A DNA stretch of 63,999 bases, counting the filler, from an uncultured bacterium (lineage in GTDB: Bacteria > CAYJOG01), in the NCBI GenBank assembly GCA_964371695.1. It is 20 parts of 20 records of this genome, joined end to end, with 100 filler letters (N's around TTAATTAATTAA, not from the genome) between each part and the next. Parts side by side here need not be neighbours in the genome. Positions count along the whole stretch, not along the records: positions 29,424 to 32,554 come from CAYJOG010000412.1; positions 32,655 to 35,759 come from CAYJOG010000413.1; positions 35,860 to 38,953 come from CAYJOG010000414.1; positions 39,054 to 42,142 come from CAYJOG010000415.1; 16 more parts are not named here. The stretch is one strand, 5' to 3'. Shown here piece after piece: positions 31,979 to 42,242 of the stretch; position 1 is the first letter of the stretch; every line of letters starts with the position of its first letter. The translations under genes and the position numbers were made by a program. The notes under the pieces were generated by a model. The model saw nothing but the letters and a program-made list of their open reading frames with translations. It did no database searches and was not told the origin of the DNA.

Positions 31979-32554
31979 ATGGCCAAGTCACGCTATTTCG
32001 CCACTTCTCTTTCAGCTTTTGTGCTGGCAGGGGTTCTTTTTTGCCAAACCGCGCCCCTTTTGGCCGCTCCGGCACCGCTTCCCACGCTGATTTCTGCACC
32101 CTATCTGGACAAAGGCCTGGCGCTCCTCAGTCAGCAACGGCTGGCCCGGCTGGGACTTAAAACAAAACTGGTTGAAGAATCGCTTCAGGCCATGAAGGTT
32201 TATCGCCTGCAGGTGCAGGGGCAGCGCAACAAGCTGCAACTCAGTCAACTGCAGCAGCGTCTGGCCAAGGTGGGGTATGTGTTTCAGTTCCCAGTGGCGG
32301 CGGCCCCCGCGGTGGCGGCTGCACCGGTCAAACCCGTTGTGCCCCCTGTGGCGGCCAAAACCACGCCTGTCCCCGCCGCTGCCCCAAAGCCGGTGGCCGT
32401 GGCCGTCAAACCAGCTTCGCCGCCGTTGCCGCTGCCCATGAAACAAGGCTCGGCTCCTCCAGCGCTGCCGCTGATGCAGGGAGACCCCCTGGCGTTTGGC
32501 CCACAACCCCCCCCGCCGCGCCTGCAACCTGTTGGGGGGGTTGCCCCGCCACTG
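31979..32554 (+). CDS. Exported Pro/Ala-rich protein, possible SPOR-like domain (3' truncated)
   Basis: Signal peptide, YRLQV motif and a low-complexity P/A/V tail. Confidence 0.5.
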
Positions 32555-32654
32555 NNNNNNNNNNNNNNNNNNNNNNNNNNNNNNNNNNNNNNNNNNNNTT
32601 AATTAATTAANNNNNNNNNNNNNNNNNNNNNNNNNNNNNNNNNNNNNNNNNNNN

Positions 32655-33931
32655 GGTGTGGGCAGGTCCACAAAAAAGATTTCGTCAAACCGGCCCTTGC
32701 GCAGCATCTCTGGCGGCAGGCCGCTGATGTTGTTGGCGGTGGCGGCCACAAAAACGGGGCGGGTTTTTTCCTGCATCCAGGTGAGGAACGTGCCGAACAC
32801 CCGCTGGCTGGTGCCGCTGTCGCCCCCCGCGCCCTGCACGCCGCTGAAGCCCTTTTCGATTTCGTCAATCCACAGAATGGACGGCGCGATGGCCTCGGCG
32901 GTTTGCAGCGCCCGGCGCATGTTTTCTTCGCTTGAGCCCACGATGCCCGCAAAGATGCGCCCCACGTCCATGCGCAGCAGCGGCAGCCGCCACGAGGCCG
33001 CCAGGGCCTTGGCGATGAGGCTTTTGCCGCAACCGGGCACCCCCGTGATGAGCACCCCCTTGGGGTGGGGCAGGCCAAACCGCCGGGCGGCGTCCAGCCA
33101 GCTTCGGTTGCGTTTGTCCATCCAGGTCTTGAGGTTTTCCAGGCCGCCCACGTCGTCCATGTGCAGGCCCGGCGAGAGATATTCCAGAATCTCGGTTTTG
33201 CGGATGACCTGGCGTTTTTCTTCGAGAATCAGGTCCACGTCATTGGCGCTCAGTTTGCCGTCTTCCACCATGGCCCAGGCAAAGGCGTTTTCGGCCTCTT
33301 GCAGCGTGAGGCCCTGGGCGGCCTTCACCAGTTCCTCGGCCTCTTGCGCGTTCAGGTCAATCTGCACCCGCCCGCCCTTGGCGTTGGTGCGAATCATCTG
33401 ATGCAGCAGTTCGCGGATTTCAAAAAAGTCCGGCAGGTCAAACTCCACCACGTTGATGTCTTTTTCCAGCTCCAGGGGCAGGGCCAGTTCCGGCGAGAGA
33501 AACACCACGTTTTTGGGGTTGGCGGCGGACTTGAGCTGGGGGGCAAGGTCGCGCAGGCGGCGCACCACCATGGGGTCGGCGGGGCGATTTTTTGCACCGA
33601 GATACGGGTGAAAATCCTTGAGCACAAACAGGGCGGGGTCGGGGTTCGCGGCGATGGCCTCCAGGGCCTTGAGCGGCGGCGCGGTGGCGGGGTCTTCGCC
33701 CGCCTTGCCCTCGGCCACCAGTCCGGTGGTACACGACCATACATAAAGCCGCCGGGGGGTCTTTACCAGTGCGGCGGTGCTGACCACCGACTTGAGCACG
33801 CTCAGGGCCCGTTGTTCCTCATGGGTGCAAAGATACAAAAACGGAAACCGCGCCCGCAGCAGGTTGGCGATGTGCTGCTTGAACCGGGCGTTGGGGTCGG
33901 GGCGCTGGGGCGTGGGGGCAGGTTGTGTCAT
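32655..33931 (-). CDS. Ycf46-like AAA+ ATPase (3' truncated)
   Basis: [25 protein letters not shown], Walker A GVPGCGKS, Walker B LWIDEIEK and [15 protein letters not shown] motifs. Confidence 0.9.
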
Positions 33932-34067
33932 GGTGTGAGAACAGCGTCAGAATAAGCCCTGCCAAGGGCTTTGAGTAGCGCCGGTGCTTCTGTTCTGACA
34001 ACATTCCGTTCAAGAAATTCAGTCAGTTGACTTGATGCTGGACTATTCAAGACTTAAGGTCCACGCC

Positions 34068-34487
34068 ATGAGTGAACAAGTGGCCTGGAGTGACGCGCTT
34101 TCGGTGGGTGTGGACCTTATTGATGACCAGCACAAGGAGCTGATCAAGCGGCTGTCCGCCTTTCTGGAATCCCTCAGTTCCGGGGCCGACAAAGGGGAAA
34201 TCATCAAACTCATGGGGTTTTTGCAGATTTATGTAAAACGCCATTTTGAGGACGAAGAAAAACTGCAACTGATGAATGATTTTCCTGACTACGCCTCTCA
34301 CAAACAGGAGCACGAGGCCTTCAAGGCCAAGCTCATCAAGCTGAATGCCCGCGTGCTGGGCGACGGCGGTGGTGAACAGGTGGCGGAGGAAATCCGGCGC
34401 ACGCTGCTGGACTGGCTGGTGAACCACATTCAGGTGCGGGACAAGGCCATCGCCACATTTCTGGCCGCCAAGGCAGAGAAGGACTGA
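34068..34487 (+). CDS. Bacteriohemerythrin (single domain)
   Basis: IDDQHKEL, RHFEDEE, HKQEH and WLVNHIQVRD motifs. Confidence 0.92.
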   Translation: MSEQVAWSDALSVGVDLIDDQHKELIKRLSAFLESLSSGADKGEIIKLMGFLQIYVKRHFEDEEKLQLMNDFPDYASHKQEHEAFKAKLIKLNARVLGDGGGEQVAEEIRRTLLDWLVNHIQVRDKAIATFLAAKAEKD

Positions 34488-34515
34488 ATAACGCTCGCCT
34501 CACCACCGTCTCGCC

Positions 34516-34542
34516 GTCATTCCCGCGAAAGCGGGAATCCAG
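34516..34542 (+). repeat. dRS3-like palindrome GTCATTCCCGCGAAAGCGGGAATCCAG
   Basis: Four copies: 34516-34542, 39182-39208 (reverse), 53751-53777 and 61364-61390 (reverse). All share an A-rich tail. Confidence 0.9.
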
Positions 34543-34574
34543 TTGAAACAAAAACAGCACACCTTTTTCTTTCA

Positions 34575-34598
34575 GTGGGGCGGGCGTCCCCGCCCGCC
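34575..34598 (+). repeat. GTRG-type REP GTGGGGCGGGCGTCCCCGCCCGCC
   Basis: Related reverse copy GGCGGGCGAGGACGCCCGCCCTAC at 53853-53876; lies next to the 10-N gap. Confidence 0.7.
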
Positions 34599-34741
34599 AA
34601 TTTAAAGAAAAAAGTNNNNNNNNNNAAATTATCGTTCTTGGACTTGGTCCCCGTGACCCCCCCCCTCCGGTTGAATGACGGCGGGGGAATGAGGGTCTTT
34701 TCTGATGACCAACCAATTCCGAAAATGCGCCAACGCCCCCC

Positions 34742-35759
34742 TTACCACCGCCGGGGCGTTGGCCCCAGCGTAATGTGCAGCACGCCGCCGTGGGCGATGT
34801 CGCCATGCTCGAACCACGGATGCCTGAGGGCTTTGCCGTTCAGCGTCGCCGCCCACAGATAACGGTTTTCGGCGCTCGCGCCGGGGGCGCGCACGGTGAG
34901 GGTTTTGCCGCCCTCTAACCGCAGGGTGGTTTCTTCAAACAGAGGCGGACTCAATACATAACGAGTGGTTCCCGCGATGGGGTAAAAGCCCGACGCGGCA
35001 AAGAGATACCACGCGCTGAGGGTGCCCGCGTCGTCGTTGCCATCCAGGCCCGCAGGCGTGTCGTTGTATTTTTTGCCCAGAATCCACCGCACCTCTTCAC
35101 TCGCGCGGTCGGCCCGGCCCGCCCAGTGATAGAGAAACGCCGCGTGCAGGTCCGGCTCGTTGCCGTGCCAGTAATAAGGGTCCGAGCCGGGAGACTTGGG
35201 GAAACGGTGTGAAAGGGTGAACATTTCGTCCAGCCGCGCCGTCATGGTCTCGGCCCCGCCCATCAGGGCCATCAGGCCCGGTGTGTCGTGAGGGGCATAC
35301 CACAACCACTGCCAGGGCGTGCCCTCTACCAAGTGTTTGTTCCACACGTTGGGGGGGTCGGCCTTGAGCCATTCGCCGCTGGCGGCGCGGGCCTCAAAAA
35401 ACTTCCGCTGCGGGTGAAAAAGGTTTTGGTAAAACAGGCTGCGGCGGCGCAGTTCGCGGGCCTCTTTGTGTTTGCCCAGTTTCTCCGCCAACAGCGCCAG
35501 CGCACCATCGGCATAGGCAAACTCCTGCGTCACCGACACCGAGCCGCCGTGCTGGTCGCCGGGCACGTAACCGTGTTTGAGATAATCCTTGAGTGCGCCG
35601 CCCCGGCCTTCATAACGCGCCCCGGCGGGGCGCTCGCCATTGGCGGCGCGCCACATGGCGGCCCAGGCGGCTTTTTTGTCCACGCCGCTCACGCCCTTGA
35701 GCAGCCCTTCTGCCAGGGTGATGGCCCCGCTGTCGCCAATCATGCTGCCCGATTCCCCC
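34742..35759 (-). CDS. GH92 alpha-1,2-mannosidase (5' truncated)
   Basis: MIG, EFAYAD, VEGTPWQW..PHD, YWHGNEPDLH and GLDGNDDAGTLSAWY motifs. Confidence 0.92.
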
Positions 35760-35859
35760 NNNNNNNNNNNNNNNNNNNNNNNNNNNNNNNNNNNNNNNNN
35801 NNNTTAATTAATTAANNNNNNNNNNNNNNNNNNNNNNNNNNNNNNNNNNNNNNNNNNNN

Positions 35860-36984
35860 GAGTTTGGCCGCGAGCAGGTGATGTTTGTGCATCTCACACT
35901 GGTGCCTTTTCTGGGGTCGGGCGGCGAGCTGAAAACCAAGCTCACCCAGCACAGCGTCAAAGAGCTGCGGGGCATTGGTATTCAGCCCGACATGATCGTG
36001 TGCCGCAGCGCCAAGCCCCTCACCACCGACCTGCGTCAGAAGATCGCCCTGTTTTGCGACATCGACCCCGAACGCGTGGTGCAGGCCCTGGACCACGACA
36101 ACGTCTATGAACTGCCCCTGATATTCGAGCGCGACGGCGTGGGTGAAATCGTGATGCGTCGCCTGGGCTTCAAACCCCGCGCGCCAGAGCTCTCGCACCT
36201 CGAAAAAATCGTGCAGGTTTTCCGCCACCCCAAGGCCGTGGCCCGTGTGGCCATCGTGGGCAAATATGTGGGCCTTAAAGACAGCTACCTGAGCGTGAAC
36301 GAGGCCCTGGCCCACGGCGGTTTTGCCAACAACGCCAAGGTGGAGTTTGATTTCATCGACAGCGAAACCCTCATGGGTAATCGCAAGGCGGTCAAAAAAC
36401 TCGCCGCCTACGACGGCATATTGGTGCCCGGCGGCTTTGGTGTGCGGGGCATAGACGGCAAGGTGGAGGCCGTGCGTTTCGCCCGCGAAAACGGCGTGCC
36501 TTTTCTGGGCCTGTGCCTGGGGATGCAGGTGGCGGTGATTGAGGCGGCCCGCAATCAGGCGGGCATCAAAGACGCGAACAGCCGCGAGTTCACCCCCGAA
36601 AACCCCCACAACGTCATCGACATCATGGACGACCAGAAAAGCCTGGAGGAACTGGGCGGCACCATGCGCCTGGGGTTGTATCCCTGCCGCGTGCTGCCGG
36701 GCACACTGGCGCTCCGGCTCTATGGCCGCGATTTGATTTATGAACGCCACCGCCACCGCTATGAGGTGAACAACGGTTACCGCTCGGTGCTGGAAGGCAC
36801 GGGGTTGGTGTTCAGCGGGCTTAGCCCCGACGGCAAACTGGTGGAAATGGCCGAGCGGCCAGGGCATCCGTTTTTCATCGGCGTGCAGTTTCACCCGGAA
36901 TTCAAAAGCCGCCCCAGCGCGCCCCATCCGCTGTTCAAGGGTTTCATTCACGCGGCGCTGGTTTATCAGGCAAAGCGGGGGTAG
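35860..36984 (+). CDS. pyrG: CTP synthase (5' truncated)
   Basis: GELKTKLTQHSVKEL, VPGGFG, LCLGMQ, GGTMRLG, ERHRHRYE and QFHPEF motifs. Confidence 0.97.
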   Translation, partial: EFGREQVMFVHLTLVPFLGSGGELKTKLTQHSVKELRGIGIQPDMIVCRSAKPLTTDLRQKIALFCDIDPERVVQALDHDNVYELPLIFERDGVGEIVMRRLGFKPRAPELSHLEKIVQVFRHPKAVARVAIVGKYVGLKDSYLSVNEALAHGGFANNAKVEFDFIDSETLMGNRKAVKKLAAYDGILVPGGFGVRGIDGKVEAVRFARENGVPFLGLCLGMQVAVIEAARNQAGIKDANSREFTPENPHNVIDIMDDQKSLEELGGTMRLGLYPCRVLPGTLALRLYGRDLIYERHRHRYEVNNGYRSVLEGTGLVFSGLSPDGKLVEMAERPGHPFFIGVQFHPEFKSRPSAPHPLFKGFIHAALVYQAKRG

Positions 36985-37207
36985 GGCCGCTCTTGCTGCG
37001 GGGCCAAATAAACGATTCCAATTCCCGTTATCTGGAATTGGAGTCGGCATGAAAAGAAAAAACCAATTTCCCCTCTCCCGTTCGCAGAATGGGAGAGGGA
37101 AACGAGGGAACCCTTTCTCATTCCAACGTCCTCTTTCCATCCTTCACGCACAAAATCCCCCATAAAAACAGGAATCAACACGCCGGGGCCTATACTTTTC
37201 CTGCCCC

Positions 37208-38827
37208 GTGACAACCGCCCTCATCAACCCGCCATACCGCATCAGCCAGGGCAACATTGGCTCTGGGGTGTCGGTGCCGCCGTTGTGGTTGTCTTATATC
37301 ACCGGCGCGCTCAGGGCCAAGAACCTGCCGCTGCTGGTGCTGGACGCCCAGGGCGAGGGGCTGGACCAGAAATGGCAGTTGCAGGGCCGGTGGTATCGCG
37401 GCCTCACGCCCGCGCAAATCATCAACCGCCTGCCGCCAGATGTGACCGCCATTGGCCTGAGTTGCATGTTTTCGGGCACCTGGCCGCTGATGCGTGTGTT
37501 GCTGAAGGAGCTGCGCCTGGCCCGCCCGGCGGCGGTGCTGGTGATTGGCGGCGAACACGCCACCGCCCTGCCCAAACTGGTGCTCACACAGAGCGAGGCC
37601 GACGTGGTGGTGACCGGCGAGGGAGAAGAAACCGCCCAGGCGCTGTTCGCCCTCATTCACGCCCAGGCGGGGGCGGCGCGGGATTATTCGGGCGTGGCCG
37701 GGCTGGTGTGGAAGGACGCCGCCGGGCGTATTCATGACGAAGGCCGCCGGGCGCGGCTGCGGGCTGTGGACGAAATCGCCCTGCCCGACTGGTCTGACTT
37801 GCCCATGGAAAAATACTTCGCGCAAAAAGGCTGCCTGGGTACCTATCAGGGGCCGTTCATGCCCATGCTGGCCACCCGCGGCTGCCCCTATCAATGCACC
37901 TATTGCAGCAGCCCCAACATGTGGACCACCCGCTGGGTGGCCCGCGACCCCGAAAAGGTGCTGGACGAAATGGAAAGCTACACGGCCCGTTACGGCGCAC
38001 GGGATTTCCAGTTTCAGGATCTCACCGCCGTGCTGAAACGCACGTGGATTCTGGCGTTTTGCGCGGCGATAGAGCGCCGGGGGCTGAAGATCACCTGGCA
38101 GTTTCCCATCGGCACCCGCACCGAGGCCATCAGCGAAGAAGTCGCCCAGGCCATGGCGCGGGCGGGCTGCATCAACTTTGCCCTGCCCTTTGAGAGCGGC
38201 GACGCCGCCATCCTCAGCCGCGTGAAAAAAAACGCCAGCACCCCCCGGCAAATCCGTGCGGCCAAAGCGGCGCTCAAGGCGGGCATCCGCGTGGGGGGTT
38301 TTGTGATGGTGGGGTTTCCGTTTGAAACTTGGCGCAGCCTGTGGCTCAGTTATTTGCTGGTGCTGCGGGGCGCGTGGATGGGCCTGGGGGAAGTCCACAT
38401 GAACCCCTTCATGCCCCTGCCGGGCACCGAGGAGTTCCGGCGGCTTGAGGCGGCGGGCAAGGTCACGCTGAGCGACGAATATTTCGAGCAAATCTTCAAC
38501 TGGCAGAGCCTGGGCCGACAGGTGTCCTACAGCGGTGTGCTGAGCACCCCCATGCTGCGGTGGCTGGTGGTTTTCAGTTACCTGAGCTTTTTTGCCGTGA
38601 GCTGGCTGCGCCGCCCCTGGCGGCTGGTGGGCGAGGTGCTGGCGCTGTTTGGCCTGAAACCCGACCGGGGGCGTTTCTCCAAAGCCCTGCGGGGACAGAA
38701 GGCGCTGTTTCAACTGGCCCAGGTGCCGGTGGGGACGCTGTTGAGCGAAGCCGCTGGCCCATCCGCACCCCCTGCCACCGCCGACACCGGCGTTGTTCAG
38801 ATCACCCCCGTCAGTGGTGTGGCGTGA
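37208..38827 (+). CDS. Cobalamin-binding radical SAM protein (class B methyltransferase-like)
   Basis: PPLWL..; GGEHAT; GEGE; TRGCPYQCTYC; ESG; GFPFET; PLPGT motifs. Confidence 0.9.
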   Translation: MTTALINPPYRISQGNIGSGVSVPPLWLSYITGALRAKNLPLLVLDAQGEGLDQKWQLQGRWYRGLTPAQIINRLPPDVTAIGLSCMFSGTWPLMRVLLKELRLARPAAVLVIGGEHATALPKLVLTQSEADVVVTGEGEETAQALFALIHAQAGAARDYSGVAGLVWKDAAGRIHDEGRRARLRAVDEIALPDWSDLPMEKYFAQKGCLGTYQGPFMPMLATRGCPYQCTYCSSPNMWTTRWVARDPEKVLDEMESYTARYGARDFQFQDLTAVLKRTWILAFCAAIERRGLKITWQFPIGTRTEAISEEVAQAMARAGCINFALPFESGDAAILSRVKKNASTPRQIRAAKAALKAGIRVGGFVMVGFPFETWRSLWLSYLLVLRGAWMGLGEVHMNPFMPLPGTEEFRRLEAAGKVTLSDEYFEQIFNWQSLGRQVSYSGVLSTPMLRWLVVFSYLSFFAVSWLRRPWRLVGEVLALFGLKPDRGRFSKALRGQKALFQLAQVPVGTLLSEAAGPSAPPATADTGVVQITPVSGVA

Positions 38828-38835
38828 ACGCCTGT

Positions 38836-38952
38836 TAGAGCAAATTCATATTTGACGTAGACAAAGGGCGGCGCCCGCCCTTGCCCTCTCCCTCAGGGAG
38901 AGGGCAAGAAAAAAGCCCTTATTTTGTCTACATCTGCTCTGAAAATGCTCTA
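38836..38952. mobile_element. Complete MITE family B (TAGAGCA...TGCTCTA ends)
   Basis: Imperfect ~30-bp TIRs (TAGAGCAAATTCA..GTAGACAAA / TTTGTCTAC..TGAAAATGCTCTA) around a CTTGCCCTCTCCC-TCA-GGGAGAGGGCAAG hairpin; two further partial copies. Confidence 0.85.
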
Positions 38953-39181
38953 GNNNNNNNNNNNNNNNNNNNNNNNNNNNNNNNNNNNNNNNNNNNNTTA
39001 ATTAATTAANNNNNNNNNNNNNNNNNNNNNNNNNNNNNNNNNNNNNNNNNNNNACCAATTTTCACCGAACCGCCGGACTTCGCAGCACCCATTTCCAAAC
39101 CGGCTCATTGCTCAGGGTTAATGTTGTTTCGATTGAAAATTTGTATAAGAAAACAGAAAAAGGTGTGATTTTTTTGTTTGA

Positions 39182-39208
39182 CTGGATTTCCGCTTTCGCG
39201 GGAATGAC
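39182..39208 (-). repeat. dRS3-like palindrome (copy)
   Basis: CTGGATTTCCGCTTTCGCGGGAATGAC. Confidence 0.85.
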
Positions 39209-39274
39209 GGCGAGAACGATGGAGCCTTTCCTTTTTCCAGCCGCCAATTTCCAGCTTCCAACCTGAAGCCCGTG

Positions 39275-40678
39275 TCACTCCCCGTGGCTGCGGGGTGGGG
39301 CGGCGTCGGGGATGGGGTTTTTCCATGCGCCGCTGGTGACGATTTCTTCGGCGCGGGGTGTGTCGTCCGGGTCCAGCACGCCGTCTATCACCAGTTGCTT
39401 GAGGTGGTTCATCACCTCGCCCACCTGGGGGCCGCCGCCGCCCCGGTGGGGCTCAATGCCCAGCAGTTGCATCACCCGGTTGCCGTCTATGGGGCTGCGG
39501 GGTTTGTTGATTTCCTCCCGCTTGAGGTGGGCCACGCGGTCCATGAACTGGTCTACCTTGCGTTGTTTGCGCTCGCGGCTGCGGGGGTTCTGGCCGGTGA
39601 TGTCGGCCCGGCTCATGAGCATGATGTCTTCAAAATGATCACCCAGCTCGCGCACCACCCGGCGCACCGCCGTGTCCGTCCATTCGTCGCTGTAGTTGTA
39701 AAGCCGCATGTGGTGGGCCACCACGTTCACCACCAGGTCGCGCTCTTTTTTGGGCATGACCAGTTGTTTCATCACCCGGTTGGCGATGCCGGTGCTCACC
39801 AGATCGTGGTTGTAAAAAGTCCAGCCTTTTTCGGTGAGGCGGCGGGTTTTCACCTTGCCTGCGTCGTGCAGCAGCGCCCCCAGAATGAACACGGCGTCTT
39901 GCCGCAGCCGCGCCGCGTTGTCCATCACCAGCAGGGTGTGCTCGAACACGTCCTTGTGGTGCTGCTGGGCGTTCTGGGCCATGCCTTTCATGGCGTGGAT
40001 TTCGGGAAACAGGTTTTCCAGTACACCGATGCGGTCAAAAAAGCGGATCACCTCGCTGGGGGCGGCGGTGTTGAAAATGATGAGCAGTTCGTCGCGCAGG
40101 CGCTCGCCGCTCAGGCGTTCAAAACTCACCAGCGGGGCTGTCTGCTGCATGGCCTCGATGAGCCGGGGGTGTGCGGTGAGGCCAAAATGCAGGCAAAACC
40201 GTACGGCCCGCAGCACCCGCAGGGGGTCGTCGGTGAGAATGGCCAAAGGCTCGGAGGGGGTGTTGAGCAGGTGGTTGTTCAGGTCGCGCAGGCCGCCAAA
40301 GGGGTCAATCACGCGGCTGATTTCCAGGCCCGTGGCCGGGGCCGCCATGGCGTTGATGGTGAAGTCCCGCAGGCTCAGGTCTGTCTCCAGTGTGTGGTCT
40401 TCGCTGCGAAAGGGTGTGATGTCGAACAACACGCCGTCCACCACCACGCCCACCGTCTGAAAAACCCCCTTGTTGTTGCGCCGGAAGGGTTTGAATCCGG
40501 CTTTGGCCAGCCACGGCTCAAAGGTTTCCGCGCTGGCGCGGCAGGCGGCGTCCACGTCTTTCAGGGGCCGTTGCAGCACAAAATCCCGCACGGTGCCGCC
40601 CACCAGAAAAAGCGGCTCGCCCTGCCGGTCAAAAACGGTGTTCAGCTTCACCAGTGCTTTCATGGCCACGTCACTCAT
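39275..40678 (-). CDS. cca: CCA tRNA nucleotidyltransferase with HD domain
   Basis: VGGTVRD..DVD, DLSLRDFTINAMA, DDPLRVLRAVRF, HHKDVFEHT and LLHDAGK motifs. Confidence 0.88.
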   Translation of the reverse strand: MSDVAMKALVKLNTVFDRQGEPLFLVGGTVRDFVLQRPLKDVDAACRASAETFEPWLAKAGFKPFRRNNKGVFQTVGVVVDGVLFDITPFRSEDHTLETDLSLRDFTINAMAAPATGLEISRVIDPFGGLRDLNNHLLNTPSEPLAILTDDPLRVLRAVRFCLHFGLTAHPRLIEAMQQTAPLVSFERLSGERLRDELLIIFNTAAPSEVIRFFDRIGVLENLFPEIHAMKGMAQNAQQHHKDVFEHTLLVMDNAARLRQDAVFILGALLHDAGKVKTRRLTEKGWTFYNHDLVSTGIANRVMKQLVMPKKERDLVVNVVAHHMRLYNYSDEWTDTAVRRVVRELGDHFEDIMLMSRADITGQNPRSRERKQRKVDQFMDRVAHLKREEINKPRSPIDGNRVMQLLGIEPHRGGGGPQVGEVMNHLKQLVIDGVLDPDDTPRAEEIVTSGAWKNPIPDAAPPRSHGE

Positions 40679-40772
40679 ATCAATCTCATCTCAAGGCAAA
40701 ATCAGCCATTCATCCGGGCAAAAAATAACCGGGTCTGTCTGGGTGTCGCCGGCTTCATTTTTGCAACGGGTG

Positions 40773-42142
40773 TCATGGGGTAATCGCCGGATTCTCCTCG
40801 TTCTCTCGTTCAATCCTGATTTTCAGGCGCACCGCGCCAGAGGCTTCGAACCGCCCCGTGTGCTGGTTATACACCAAATGTTCGCCCTGCAAAAACTCCC
40901 GGGTGTTTTTGTCTTCCACACGGGCGTGGTCAAACAGTTCCAGTTTCTGGCCCTGTTCGTCAAAGGTGAGTTTGCCGGCCCGGATGAACTGCTCGCCCTG
41001 CCACACCCGCACACGGCCCGTCATGCGAAACTTTTTGTTCGCCCGGTCCAGCACGGCGTGGCGGCTCTGGGCGGTCAGGCGTTTGTCCATGTCGCGGCGC
41101 ACCTGCTGGGGCACGGAACCCACCACGCCTTTTTCCAGCAGCCATTCGCTTTCGCTCTGCTCAAAATGAAAATCCTTGAAGAGGGTGCGGTTCTCCCGCT
41201 CCAGCACCGTCACGTCGCTGGCGGTGAAGGTTTTCTGCGGCTGCCTGATTTTCACCGGCCCCTGAAAGTGGGCGATTTTTTTCTTCTGGGAATAATCCAG
41301 ACGGGGGGTGGTGAGGGTGACGGGGTCGTCCTGAAGGGCGCGGGAAAGTTTGGTGTCGGGCAGCACGTCTTCGTCAATCAGCCAGCGGCTGTCGCTCAGG
41401 CGCAGCACCACGTCTCCCACGGCGTGGGTTTCGGCGTCTTTTTCATCCAGCCAAAGGCGGCGGCTGGTGAGCCGCCACTTGGGCTGTTCCACCAGCACCT
41501 TGCCGCTGGCGCTCAAAAAACCTTCGCCCTCGGCCCATGTCACGTCCAGTGACCGGGCCACCAGCCGCGTGGCCCTTTTTTTGATGGTGCGGACCAGAGG
41601 TTCTTCGTCTTTGTCTTCTGTGGCGGCTGAGGCCGAGAGGGTTTTTTCTGCCGGTTGGGGGGCGCGGCGCTTGAGGGTGACGCCGCCCCGGGCCTTCAGC
41701 GTCCGTTTCAGAAAATCCACATGCAAACGCTGGGTGTGCAGGGTGTGTCCGCGAAAAACAAGGTCCACCGGTTTGCCCTTGGCATAAAGCGTTTCGCGGC
41801 TTTCGTGGACATACACCAGGGGCGCGGAAAGGCTCATCTCGCGGTAAGCGAAACGGGCCTGGCCCTCGGCGCGGATGTCCTGGTTTTTGTTGTGGTAATC
41901 AATCTTGTCCGCCTCCAGAAAAGCCTGGCCTGGGGCGGGGTCCGGGAACGGCTCGCGGGGGCCGGGTGCGCCAAAGTCCCAGCCCAGCACACCATCCAGC
42001 GAGGGCAGCGGCGGCGGCAACCCCCCCGCCATGGGAAAAGGCAGGCTGGCCGAAGGGCTGAGGGGCCGGGGCGGCGGACGGGACGCCGACAACGCCACGG
42101 CGGGCCGTTGCGGCAGCGGTGTGATGGCGGAGGGAGACTGGG
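40773..42142 (-). CDS. OstA/LptA/LptD-N beta-jellyroll repeat protein (5' end may be missing)
   Basis: LEADKIDY..AEG, ASGKV.V, A.G.V and TG.VRV.QG repeats typical of OstA-like domains. Confidence 0.68.
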
Positions 42143-42242
42143 NNNNNNNNNNNNNNNNNNNNNNNNNNNNNNNNNNNNNNNNNNNNTTAATTAATTAANN
42201 NNNNNNNNNNNNNNNNNNNNNNNNNNNNNNNNNNNNNNNNNN

